A stretch of DNA of 38,649 nt, taken from IMG/VR virus record IMGVR_UViG_3300017708_000540; one strand, written 5' to 3'. Below are positions 8,902-17,686 of the stretch, one piece after another; the first letter of the stretch is position 1; every line of letters begins with the position of its first letter. The notes below the pieces were generated by a model. It ran no database searches. It had not been told where the DNA came from and worked only from the letters and a program-made list of their open reading frames with translations. Origin of the DNA: a virus. The position numbers and the translations under genes were made by a program.

Positions 8902-10932
8902 ATGGCAGGAATAAAAGATTATTCAACAACACAAGCTAGTAATACATCATTAAATAGTATCTCTGTTGCAGAAGGTATGTTACCTTCTAATATTAATAAT
9001 GCTATTAGAGCATTAATGAAAAATACTAGAGAATGGTTTAATGATTCACAATGGGTAGAATATGGAGATGGTGATGGAGCGTACACAGCAGCATATGTTA
9101 GTGGTACGTCTTTTACTATTAATGGTGTAGATGTAACTGCTATTTATCATGCTGGAAGAAGAATTAAAATTACAGCTTCTACTCCAGGAACAATTTATGG
9201 TACTATTGCTAGTACATCATTTTCTACAAACACAACAGTCAATATAACATGGGATTCAGGTTCATTATCTAATGAAGCTATTTCTAATGTATATGTTGCA
9301 ATACTTTCACAAACAAATGATTCAATACCTGAAAATGTTATTTCAGCTGCAAAAATTAAATCTAATGCTATAACTACAGCTAAAATTAATGCTGATGCTA
9401 TAACAAATGCTAAAATTGCAGATGACAGTATTGATAGTGAACACTATGTAGATGGTTCAATAGACACAGCTCACATTGCAGACTCACAAATTACGACAGC
9501 TAAAATTACAGATGCAAACGTTACAACAGCTAAAATTGCTGCTGATGCAATTGATGGTACAAAGATAGCTGATGATAGTATTAACTCAGAGCATTATGTT
9601 GATGGCAGTATAGACACAGCACACATAGCAGATAGTCAAGTTACTCTTGTTAAACTTGCAAGTAACTCAGTTAATTCATCTAAGATAGTAGATGACTCAA
9701 TTGTTAATGCAGATATTAATTCAAGTGCTGCAATTGATGCAACTAAAATACATGATGGTACAATTTCAAATACAGAGTTTGGTCATCTAAATGGTGTTAC
9801 TTCAAATATTCAAGCACAAATAGACGCAAAAGGTGCTTCTAATGCAAACTTAGATACAATAGGTGGTCTATCAAATGCAGATGGTAATTTTATTGTTGGT
9901 AGTGGTTCAACTTGGGTAGCTGAAAATGGATCAACTGCAAGAGCATCACTAGGACTAGGAACTATATCAACACAAGCTGCAAATAGTGTAACAATATCTG
10001 GTGGATCTATTACTGGATTAGGAGCACCTTCATCTGGATCAGATGTAGCAACTAAAACATATGTAGATGATCTTGTTGCTGGACTTAAAACTAGAATTAT
10101 TTGTAGAGTTGCAACTACAGGCAACGTTACATTATCATCAGATTTACAAAATGGTGATTCTTTAGATGGTATAACTCTTGCTACTGGAGACAGAGTATTA
10201 GTTAAAGATCAATCAACAGGATCACAAAATGGTATTTATACAGTAGTAGCTTCAGGTACTGCATCTAGAGATACAGATTTTGATGCTATTGGAGAACTAG
10301 CAGGACAGTTAGTTATTATTCAAGAAGGATCAACAAATGCAGAAAAAATGTTTTTATGTACTACTGATTCTGATGCATCATTAGGATCTGATACTATTAC
10401 ATTTACAGTAGTACAACCAGCTAATGTTGGTGATGTAACTCTTACTGGTACACAAACACTTACAAACAAAACTTTAACATCACCAGTTATATCTGATATT
10501 TTATCAGTATCTAATGGAAATATTAATTTAACTCCTAATGGAACTGGTAAAGTTGTTGTTAAAGGTAATACAAATCCTGGTACAGTTGTATTTAATTGTG
10601 AAAGTAATTCACATGGTCAGACAGTAAAAGCTCAACCACATAGTGCTAGTGTTACAAATGTATTAACATTACCTGCTGGTGGAGATCAAGAAATAGTTGG
10701 AACAACAGCTACACAAACTTTAACTAATAAAACATTACCTATAACATCTCTTGATATAGATGGTGGTAGTGATATTGGAGCAGATTTAACTACATCTGAT
10801 TTAATAATAGTAGATGATGGAGCTGGTGGTACTAACCGAAAAGCAGCATTATCAAGAATAGTAACTTTAGTAGATGCAAACTCTAGTGCAGCCAGTGCTG
10901 GATTTGCTATCGCAATGGCAATTGCATTATAA
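8902..10932 (+). CDS. Tail fibre protein
   Basis: 676 aa. The N-terminus IKDYSTTQASNTSLNSISVAEGMLPSNINNAIRALM is a typical fibre anchor motif. It has a central tandem-repeat region and a beta-rich T/S/G/N C-terminal part. Confidence 0.8.
   Translation: MAGIKDYSTTQASNTSLNSISVAEGMLPSNINNAIRALMKNTREWFNDSQWVEYGDGDGAYTAAYVSGTSFTINGVDVTAIYHAGRRIKITASTPGTIYGTIASTSFSTNTTVNITWDSGSLSNEAISNVYVAILSQTNDSIPENVISAAKIKSNAITTAKINADAITNAKIADDSIDSEHYVDGSIDTAHIADSQITTAKITDANVTTAKIAADAIDGTKIADDSINSEHYVDGSIDTAHIADSQVTLVKLASNSVNSSKIVDDSIVNADINSSAAIDATKIHDGTISNTEFGHLNGVTSNIQAQIDAKGASNANLDTIGGLSNADGNFIVGSGSTWVAENGSTARASLGLGTISTQAANSVTISGGSITGLGAPSSGSDVATKTYVDDLVAGLKTRIICRVATTGNVTLSSDLQNGDSLDGITLATGDRVLVKDQSTGSQNGIYTVVASGTASRDTDFDAIGELAGQLVIIQEGSTNAEKMFLCTTDSDASLGSDTITFTVVQPANVGDVTLTGTQTLTNKTLTSPVISDILSVSNGNINLTPNGTGKVVVKGNTNPGTVVFNCESNSHGQTVKAQPHSASVTNVLTLPAGGDQEIVGTTATQTLTNKTLPITSLDIDGGSDIGADLTTSDLIIVDDGAGGTNRKAALSRIVTLVDANSSAASAGFAIAMAIAL
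9343..9757 (+). repeat. In-frame tandem repeats within the tail fibre gene
   Basis: A short ~8-9-aa periodic motif (xAxKIxxDAIT) recurs through the region. Superimposed is a ~150-nt duplication: 9421-9489 vs 9571-9639 encode DDSIDSEHYVDGSIDTAHIADSQ and DDSINSEHYVDGSIDTAHIADSQ. Confidence 0.85.
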
Positions 10933-10948
10933 AATATAAGGAGAAAAA

Positions 10949-11275
10949 ATGGCACAAAATTTTAGAAGATACACAAGCAACGATGTAGGAACATCAGCAG
11001 CAACTTTATTTACTGCAAACAGCTTTGATACTGTTGTTGGTATATCAGTTTCAAATGTTACAACATCAAGTGTTATAGCATCTGTGTATATCAATGATGG
11101 ATCTAACGACATCTATCTTGTTAAAAATGCACCAATACCAACTGGTTCATCTTTACAAGTATTAGATGGTGGAGCTAAATTTGTAGTTCAATCTGGTGAT
11201 GCTTTAAAAGTAGTATCAGACACAGCTTCATCTTTAGATGTTTGGGTATCAGCAGTAGATGCAATTAGTTCATAA
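10949..11275 (+). CDS. Small beta-rich structural protein (paralog family with 15149-15490)
   Basis: 108 aa with SD AAGGAGAA upstream. The C-terminal FVVQSGDALKVVSDTASSLDVWVSAVD matches MVLESGDTLKLKAASANNIAGIVSYLE of 15149-15490. Confidence 0.55.
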   Translation: MAQNFRRYTSNDVGTSAATLFTANSFDTVVGISVSNVTTSSVIASVYINDGSNDIYLVKNAPIPTGSSLQVLDGGAKFVVQSGDALKVVSDTASSLDVWVSAVDAISS

Positions 11276-11287
11276 GGAGAATAATTA

Positions 11288-11797
11288 ATGCCTTTTATAG
11301 GAAATCAACCAGCATTAAGTTACACAAGTTTTGCTAAACAAGACTTTAGTACAAGTGCGACTACATCTTACACATTGGATAATCCAGTTGCTAATGCAAA
11401 TGAGTTAGCATTATTTATTAACTTTGTAAGACAAGAGCCTACAACTGCATATTCAGCAAGTGGTACTACATTAACACTAACAGAAGCTACATCATCTTCA
11501 GATGATATGTACTGTGTGTATTTAGGTAAAGCTGTTCAAACTGTTAATCCACCAAGTGGTTCTGTTACAAATGCTACTTTAAATTTAACTTATGATACTA
11601 AAACAACAGCATCTGGAGATGGTTCAGATACTACATTTACAATAAATAGTGGTAGAGCAGTTGATGATGTATTAGTTTTTGTGAATGGAATTTGTTTAGT
11701 CCCTACAGACGACTATACAATTTCTGGAACAACTTTAACTTTTTCAACAGCACCTACAAATGGTGCTGAAATATCAATAAGGTATTTACCTAAATAG
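11288..11797 (+). CDS. Fibre-like protein with two copies of a fibre N-terminal module
   Basis: 169 aa. SGDGSDTTFTINSGRAVDDVLVFVNGICLVPTDDYTISGTTLTFSTAP is the FxGDG...V.VNG..Q...DYT..G.TITF type module. A degenerate copy lies at the N-terminus. Confidence 0.55.
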   Translation: MPFIGNQPALSYTSFAKQDFSTSATTSYTLDNPVANANELALFINFVRQEPTTAYSASGTTLTLTEATSSSDDMYCVYLGKAVQTVNPPSGSVTNATLNLTYDTKTTASGDGSDTTFTINSGRAVDDVLVFVNGICLVPTDDYTISGTTLTFSTAPTNGAEISIRYLPK

Positions 11798-11805
11798 GAG
11801 ATATA

Positions 11806-12306
11806 ATGGGAGTATTAACAAGAAACTTAGCTAACAACACAATTATAAATGTTACTCAAAGCCATACAAGTGGTAGCACAGGTGGTCATAGTGCATTTAA
11901 TATATCAACAGCAGATAGTTATGTAGATACTGGTGTTAATTTTACTATTAATAAAAAAGCTAATAATTCAGTATTAGTAGGTGAATTAATTTTAAATATG
12001 GGTTCAGATTTTTCTAATGCTTCTAAATGGCATTTTAAAAATAGAATACAAGTTAATGGTACAAATGAAAAAGTAGGAAATACAGCAGATACAGGTGACA
12101 ATGAAAAAACACATTTTATTCATTTAGGTAGAAGTAATAATTTTAGATGGGATTATTATTATTTTATTCCAGTTACATTTAGATACACAACAGCAGGAAC
12201 AGGAGATGTTCGTTTTGATTGGTATATGAATAAAGGAAGTGCAGGTAGTATGGGAAATATTAGAGGTGGTGGTATTCAATATACTGTTTATGAGGTAGCA
12301 AATTAA
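11806..12306 (+). CDS. Putative receptor-binding/fibre tip protein (jelly-roll-like)
   Basis: 166-aa S/T/N/G-rich protein whose overall pattern resembles 14345-14839. It is followed by a chaperone-like gene. Confidence 0.4.
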   Translation: MGVLTRNLANNTIINVTQSHTSGSTGGHSAFNISTADSYVDTGVNFTINKKANNSVLVGELILNMGSDFSNASKWHFKNRIQVNGTNEKVGNTADTGDNEKTHFIHLGRSNNFRWDYYYFIPVTFRYTTAGTGDVRFDWYMNKGSAGSMGNIRGGGIQYTVYEVAN

Positions 12307-12316
12307 AGGAAAAATT

Positions 12317-12712
12317 ATGGCAGATATACTTAGAGCAATAAAACAATTAGATAGTAATGCTGAAGTTGTTATTTATGGAACACCAACTAATGAAGCTGAA
12401 TATCAAGCACAAGTTAAATTTGTATCTGGTAAAGATGCAGATGGCTATGCGACTTTTAAAGAAACACAAGATTTTACTTGGGAACAAGTACAAGGACAAT
12501 TTACAAGTGCTGAATTTAACGAAGCATTAGATAATTTAAGAGAAGAAAGAACTATGAAATTAGCTGATACAGATTTTTATGCTAATTCAGATGTAACTAT
12601 GAGTGATGCTATGAAAACTTATAGACAACAATTAAGAGATATAACTAATGGACTTACAACTAAAGAAGAAGTAGAAGCAGTTGTATTACCAACAAAACCA
12701 AATGAGCAATAA
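12317..12712 (+). CDS. Tail fibre assembly chaperone-like protein
   Basis: 131 aa. REERTMKLADTDFYANSDVTMSDAMKTYRQQLRDITNG resembles the R..LL..SDW....D....W..YRQ.LRDI motif of Caudovirales tail fibre assembly proteins. Confidence 0.5.
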   Translation: MADILRAIKQLDSNAEVVIYGTPTNEAEYQAQVKFVSGKDADGYATFKETQDFTWEQVQGQFTSAEFNEALDNLREERTMKLADTDFYANSDVTMSDAMKTYRQQLRDITNGLTTKEEVEAVVLPTKPNEQ

Positions 12713-12715
12713 ATT

Positions 12716-13231
12716 ATGGCAATAACAAAATTAATAGCAGATAGTATTACAAGTGGTGCAGTTGGAATTACTATGGCTGATTTATGGAGATATAACACAT
12801 CAACTCAAGCACCAAGTGGATTGCTTACTTCTAACTTTGAAAGAGCAGATGACACATCTTCAGCTTTGCTTGGAACAGGAATGACATTTAGTTCTGGAAC
12901 TTGGTCTTTTCCAACAACTGGAATATATTTAATAAAAGCATCAGTTGGTTTTAATTTTGCAAATCAACAAGACAATAACGCTAATCTTGTAATAGGTATA
13001 ACTAATAATAATTCAAGTTATGATGATGTTGCAATTATATTTTCTGGTAGTAACAGTAGTTCACATTTTTCAAGGTTTTCACAATATGGTCATGCTATAG
13101 TTGATGTTACAGATACATCACAAGTTAAAATGCAAATAACAGCAAATAGTTTTGAATCTGGCTCATATTTAGAAGGTTATACAGATAGAAACGATACAGC
13201 ATTTGCTTTCATTAGATTAGGAGATACATAA
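12716..13231 (+). CDS. Putative receptor-binding head domain protein (C1q/TNF-like pattern)
   Basis: 171 aa. It is paralogous to the C-terminal half of 13233-14042 (GITMADLWRY...GTGMTFSSGTWSFPTTGIYLI...FIRLGDT vs GITMADQWRI...GTGMTESSGIFTFPSTGIYNI...FIRMGDT). Confidence 0.5.
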   Translation: MAITKLIADSITSGAVGITMADLWRYNTSTQAPSGLLTSNFERADDTSSALLGTGMTFSSGTWSFPTTGIYLIKASVGFNFANQQDNNANLVIGITNNNSSYDDVAIIFSGSNSSSHFSRFSQYGHAIVDVTDTSQVKMQITANSFESGSYLEGYTDRNDTAFAFIRLGDT

Positions 13232-13232
13232 T

Positions 13233-14042
13233 ATGGCATATTTAGGCAGAGGATTAGATAAAATATCAAACATAGAGGTACTAGATAATATTACCTTTGA
13301 TGGTTCTAGTTCTTATTCTATTACAAAAGGTTCAGTAGCATTTACACCAAACTCTGCTCAATCATGCTTAATTAGTATTGATGGAGTTGTACAGGCAACA
13401 AATTTCACAGTAAATTCTTCAACAATAAACTTTGGCGTTGCAGTACCAAGCACATCAACTTGTAATTTCTTTTTACATTATGGAACAGGAGTTATGACAG
13501 TACCTAGTGATGGCTCTGTAACTACTGCTAAACTTGGTTCAAATGCTGTTTCAAGTGCTAAGATGTTTTCTGGTTTTGCAAATGGAATTACAATGGCTGA
13601 CCAATGGAGAATAACTGCTAATTTATCTAGTAATGGAACTAATGTTGTAGGTACAAACTGGGAAAGAAATGATACAAATTTTGATAAAATTGGAACAGGA
13701 ATGACAGAAAGTTCTGGTATATTTACTTTTCCATCAACAGGAATTTACAATATTTTTTATAATGGACTTCTTTATGCTGACAATGCTGTACCTTATGCTG
13801 GATTTAATTTACAAAAAACAACCGATAACTCTAGTTATACTGATCTAATTTATGGTTATGGGGGGAATGCTAGTGCTGCTGGTCGTTATTCTGGTTTTTA
13901 TGGTAATGGTATTTTTGATGTAACAAATACAACAACACATAAAATTAGATTAAGAACAACAAGTCCTGATACAGTTACATTTCAAGGTGATACATCAATT
14001 CAAGTTACTGGCATAACTTTTATACGAATGGGAGACACATAA
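13233..14042 (+). CDS. Fibre protein: N-terminal fibre module plus C-terminal head domain paralogous to 12716-13231
   Basis: 269 aa. The N-terminus ITFDGSSSYSITKG...ISIDGVVQATNFTVNSSTINF matches the module in 11288-11797. The C-terminal half matches 12716-13231. Confidence 0.55.
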   Translation: MAYLGRGLDKISNIEVLDNITFDGSSSYSITKGSVAFTPNSAQSCLISIDGVVQATNFTVNSSTINFGVAVPSTSTCNFFLHYGTGVMTVPSDGSVTTAKLGSNAVSSAKMFSGFANGITMADQWRITANLSSNGTNVVGTNWERNDTNFDKIGTGMTESSGIFTFPSTGIYNIFYNGLLYADNAVPYAGFNLQKTTDNSSYTDLIYGYGGNASAAGRYSGFYGNGIFDVTNTTTHKIRLRTTSPDTVTFQGDTSIQVTGITFIRMGDT

Positions 14043-14043
14043 A

Positions 14044-14340
14044 ATGAATAGAGATTATTTTCAAGAAGCGTTACATACTTTTAATGGTGGCAACTGGTAT
14101 GGTTGGAAAACACATGACAACAATGAAAATAAAATTCCTAACTCTGAACGTATGCAATACCAATACATTAAGATTATTAAAGATGGTGCAACCATGCCAA
14201 GCGAAGCAGAAGTAAATGCAAAGATACAAGAATTAAAAGACGCTGAACAAACAGCAATAGATAAGAAAGCATCTGGCAAACAAAAACTAAAAGACTTGGG
14301 ATTAGATGATGACGAAATCCAAGCTTTGATAGGAGCGTAA
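14044..14340 (+). CDS. Chaperone-like small protein
   Basis: 98 aa. The C-terminal KQKLKDLGLDDDEIQALIGA is a motif I associate with XkdW-like or fibre-associated small proteins. Confidence 0.35.
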   Translation: MNRDYFQEALHTFNGGNWYGWKTHDNNENKIPNSERMQYQYIKIIKDGATMPSEAEVNAKIQELKDAEQTAIDKKASGKQKLKDLGLDDDEIQALIGA

Positions 14341-14344
14341 CAAT

Positions 14345-14839
14345 ATGGCATTAATTACATTAGGAGCAAACTCTGGTAAAGGAAAGGTTTTGCAAGTTGT
14401 TCAAACTGTTAAAACAGATACTTTTACTATTTCTACTTCAAATACATCAGCACCAGCAGATATAACAGGATTTTCAGCTACAATTACTCCAACATCCACA
14501 AGTAATAAAATATTAATTACTGCTCAACTTTCTGTAGGTGGTAGCACCTCACATACAAATTTTCTTATTGATAGAGATGGAACCGATATTGCAATTGCAG
14601 ACGCAGCTGGTAGTAGACAACGATTAACTACTAGTGAAGGAATAACTGGTGGTGGCGCTCTTGGAAGTGCAACTATTAGTTTTCTTGATACACCTTCAAG
14701 CACATCTGCTTTAACATATAAAATTCAAGCAAATAATAATGGTTCAACAACTTATATAAATAGAACTCAAGTTGATGGAGATACCAATAGTTATTCAAGA
14801 CAAATTTCAACACTTACATTAATGGAGATAGCTGGATAA
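14345..14839 (+). CDS. Putative receptor-binding/fibre tip protein
   Basis: 164 aa. GKVLQVVQTVKTDTFTISTS...ITGFSATITPTSTSNKILITAQLSVG matches a small beta-sandwich virion protein pattern. It is followed by a chaperone-like gene. Confidence 0.45.
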   Translation: MALITLGANSGKGKVLQVVQTVKTDTFTISTSNTSAPADITGFSATITPTSTSNKILITAQLSVGGSTSHTNFLIDRDGTDIAIADAAGSRQRLTTSEGITGGGALGSATISFLDTPSSTSALTYKIQANNNGSTTYINRTQVDGDTNSYSRQISTLTLMEIAG

Positions 14840-15156
14840 TGATTGAAAAAGTAATAAAAAAAATTAATCCAAATGCAGAATTTTCTGTAAATGCAAATGA
14901 CATTAATCAAATCACTTGGTTAAATGGAACAACACCTATACCAGTAGCTGACATAGAAGCTAAGATGACAGAAATGGCTAATGAGCCAGAACAATCTGAT
15001 TATGCACAACAAAGAAGAAATAGTTACCCTGAAATTGGAGATCAACTAGATATGTTGTGGCACTCAATAGATCAAGATGAAGAATTAAAAACTAAGTATT
15101 TTAACTTTTATCAGGCTATTAAATCTGTTAAAATAAAACATCCTAAAAATGGCTAA
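14839..15156 (+). CDS. Chaperone-like small protein (XkdW-like motif)
   Basis: 105 aa with RRNSYPEIGDQLDMLWHSID (the YP.IGDQLDALW type motif). TAATG coupling to the preceding gene. Confidence 0.45.
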   Translation: MIEKVIKKINPNAEFSVNANDINQITWLNGTTPIPVADIEAKMTEMANEPEQSDYAQQRRNSYPEIGDQLDMLWHSIDQDEELKTKYFNFYQAIKSVKIKHPKNG

Positions 15157-15490
15157 TATATATAAAAATGCAATGTTTGATCTAACAACGACAAACAAAA
15201 CAACTGTTTATACTTGTCCTACAAATAGAACAGCATTAATAAAAACTATTCAAATAACAAATATTCATTCTGGTTCTGTTGAAGTTGAAGCATTTACTAC
15301 AGATAGTTCAAATTCTGATGCAGAACATGAAATAGCACATATAAATTTAGCATCTAAAACAATAGAAAATTTAGTTAAAAGTACTATGGTTTTAGAATCT
15401 GGAGATACATTAAAATTAAAAGCAGCATCTGCTAATAATATAGCAGGTATTGTAAGTTATTTAGAAATATTTGACGAAAAGTCTGCATGA
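15149..15490 (+). CDS. Small beta-rich structural protein (paralog of 10949-11275)
   Basis: 113 aa. It shares the T.VYT.P...I.N......V.V.........SGD.LK pattern with 10949-11275. Confidence 0.5.
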   Translation: MANIYKNAMFDLTTTNKTTVYTCPTNRTALIKTIQITNIHSGSVEVEAFTTDSSNSDAEHEIAHINLASKTIENLVKSTMVLESGDTLKLKAASANNIAGIVSYLEIFDEKSA

Positions 15491-15921
15491 TTGAATTGGT
15501 TAAAATACCAAAAGAAAATATTGATTCTGTTTGGTTACATTGCAAAGGTTTAATAGCTAATGCTTTAGCAAGATCAAATGGATATGCATCTGAAACTCAT
15601 TTTAAACAATGGATTAAAGATGATAAAATGCAACTTTGGTTTCTTTGGGATAGCGAACTAGATATTCAAGATAGAATGTATGGTGTAGTTGTTACTGAAG
15701 TTATACAAAGACCATTACAACGATGTCTTAATATTAAAATTATGACAGGTAAACATCGTGATAAATGGCAGCATTTAATAAAACAAATAGAAGAATTTGC
15801 ATGGAATAATAAATGTGATTTATTAGAGCTTGTTGCAAGACCAGGATGGAAGCGTGTGCTTAAACCATATGGTTACAAAGAAAGCCATGTATTATTAGAA
15901 AAACATAAAAAGGAGAAATAA
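15487..15921 (+). CDS. Conserved phage protein, possibly GNAT-like fold
   Basis: 144 aa. The pattern ...LWFLWD....YGVVVTEV......LNIKIMTGKHRDKW...IEEFAWNNKCDLLELVARPGWKRVLKPYGYK resembles a family embedded in podovirus structural modules. The fold assignment is unverified. Confidence 0.35.
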   Translation: MIELVKIPKENIDSVWLHCKGLIANALARSNGYASETHFKQWIKDDKMQLWFLWDSELDIQDRMYGVVVTEVIQRPLQRCLNIKIMTGKHRDKWQHLIKQIEEFAWNNKCDLLELVARPGWKRVLKPYGYKESHVLLEKHKKEK

Positions 15922-15924
15922 CAT

Positions 15925-16647
15925 ATGTCATCTGGAGGAGGAGGTTCTGGAACTTCAATAAGTACTGCACAACCATATGCACCAGCAGAACCTGCAATAC
16001 AACAAATATTATCTGAAGCAGGAACCATTTATGGTCAAGGGCCAGGTGCTGCAGGATATGTACCACCTAGTACACAAACTACACAAGGTTTAGCTGCACA
16101 AGAGCAAATGGCTCAAGCTGCTAACCAACAAATATTAGGAACTATACAAGGACAGTATACTAACCCTTTCTTATCTCCTTTGATTAGTCAAGCTGCTACT
16201 GATATATATTCTAATGTTGCTGGACAATTTTCAGGAGCTGGTAGAACACCAGGATCACCATTAATGCAAAGCCAAGTAATTGGTCAAGTTGCAGACAAAG
16301 CATTACCATTTGCATTTGGACAGTTAGAAAGAGAAAGAGCAAGACAATTATCTACAGCTCAACAAGTACCTAGCTTAACAGCAGTTGGTGGAGCTTTAGA
16401 AGATATACAAAGAGAACAACAAATGGCTCCTATGCAATCATTACAGCAATACTACAATCTTGCTGCACCAATTGCATTTGGTTTGCCAACACAACAACAA
16501 ACAATGACAGCACCAAAAGCTAATCCTATAACAATGGCTGCAGGTGGAGCTATGACAGGTGCAAGTTTAGCACCAATGTTAGGAGCTGCAGGGCCTTATG
16601 GAGCAGCAGTAGGAGCTGGACTTGGATTATTAGGAGGACTATTATAA
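15925..16647 (+). CDS. Internal virion protein candidate (Q/G/A-rich with C-terminal glycine-zipper)
   Basis: 240 aa with a strong SD. The C-terminus AAGGAMTGASLAPMLGAAGPYGAAVGAGLGLLGGLL is hydrophobic and Gly-rich. Confidence 0.5.
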   Translation: MSSGGGGSGTSISTAQPYAPAEPAIQQILSEAGTIYGQGPGAAGYVPPSTQTTQGLAAQEQMAQAANQQILGTIQGQYTNPFLSPLISQAATDIYSNVAGQFSGAGRTPGSPLMQSQVIGQVADKALPFAFGQLERERARQLSTAQQVPSLTAVGGALEDIQREQQMAPMQSLQQYYNLAAPIAFGLPTQQQTMTAPKANPITMAAGGAMTGASLAPMLGAAGPYGAAVGAGLGLLGGLL

Positions 16648-16742
16648 TGAAATTAAAAGAACATATACCACATATTATTAAAGAACATAAAACAACATGT
16701 GCAGTAGTAGCTGTTATCATAATTGTTTTAGCTATATTATAG
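16647..16742 (+). CDS. Small membrane protein (31 aa; below the ORF-track cutoff)
   Basis: TAATG coupling to the preceding stop. Translation is MKLKEHIPHIIKEHKTTCAVVAVIIIVLAIL, with one TM segment. It fills an otherwise unexplained gap. Confidence 0.4.
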   Translation: MKLKEHIPHIIKEHKTTCAVVAVIIIVLAIL

Positions 16743-16750
16743 GAGTTTAA

Positions 16751-17686
16751 ATGTCAGGAGGAGGAGGATCATCTTCAGATGGAGGAGGTGGAAATGATAT
16801 GCAAGTTTCTGGAATGGAAGCTGCATTATCTTCTGAAAAAGGTATAAGCACTTACTCTGATACAAGAACAGGATCTACTAGAGGATACGAAGGATCAGAT
16901 GCAGGTTTTGCTGCTAATGATAACAGTTATGCTGGAGTAACTCCATCTATGTCTAGTATTAATCCTAATACTGGAAAGTTTGAAAGTGGTGGTTTTACAG
17001 ATTCAGATGATGAATATGATGCACCTGACAAAGCTCATTATTCACAAACACAAAAAGATATAGCAACTACTAATAAAGAATTAGCTAAAAATGATCAGAC
17101 AGATATTAAAATGTCTAAAGAAGAATATGATCAATTTAACAAAAATCTTAATGATTATTATGGTACTAAAAATGTTAAATATGAACCATATGGTAGAGCA
17201 GGAAAAGGAACTGTAAATCTTTCATTTAATGAACATTATAATAATGTTATTACACAAAATCCTGCATTAAAATTTTCACCATCTCTTGCATTTTTAACTG
17301 CTGCAGGTAGAAATGTAAGTGAATATTTAACCAGTGATTATGGTACTTATAAATATGCAGGGCCAGGTACAGACTCTGGTGGTTTGTTAGGTAGTGGTAA
17401 AAGAACACAACAACAAACTGAAAGAGAACTTATGAGGAATATAGCACCTGATGCACCTTATATTGTATCTGGATTAGATAAACCAGATAGCTCACCTGCT
17501 GCAGATTTTTTTGCTAAAATAAATAAAAATAAAAACGAATTGTTTTTTCAAGATCAATATGATTCTGCTAAAGCTAAAATGCAAGGTATACTTGGATCTC
17601 CAAGTCCTATGCGTTATTTAGCTATAAGTGAGAGTCCATTTTATGGTTGGTTAAAAAAAAACAATTTAGATAAAGGAATATTATAA
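16751..17686 (+). CDS. Internal virion/ejection protein candidate
   Basis: 311 aa with SD AGGAG. It has a Gly-rich N-terminus (MSGGGGSSSDGGGGN) and lies among the post-fibre large genes. Confidence 0.45.
   Translation: MSGGGGSSSDGGGGNDMQVSGMEAALSSEKGISTYSDTRTGSTRGYEGSDAGFAANDNSYAGVTPSMSSINPNTGKFESGGFTDSDDEYDAPDKAHYSQTQKDIATTNKELAKNDQTDIKMSKEEYDQFNKNLNDYYGTKNVKYEPYGRAGKGTVNLSFNEHYNNVITQNPALKFSPSLAFLTAAGRNVSEYLTSDYGTYKYAGPGTDSGGLLGSGKRTQQQTERELMRNIAPDAPYIVSGLDKPDSSPAADFFAKINKNKNELFFQDQYDSAKAKMQGILGSPSPMRYLAISESPFYGWLKKNNLDKGIL

Noticed and set aside
8902-15490. A diversity-generating retroelement targeting the fibre/receptor-binding genes (as in BPP-1, whose head module this phage resembles)
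   Set aside because: No reverse transcriptase-sized ORF exists anywhere in the closed genome. I saw no template/variable repeat pair differing mainly at adenines. The paralogs are diverged at the protein level.
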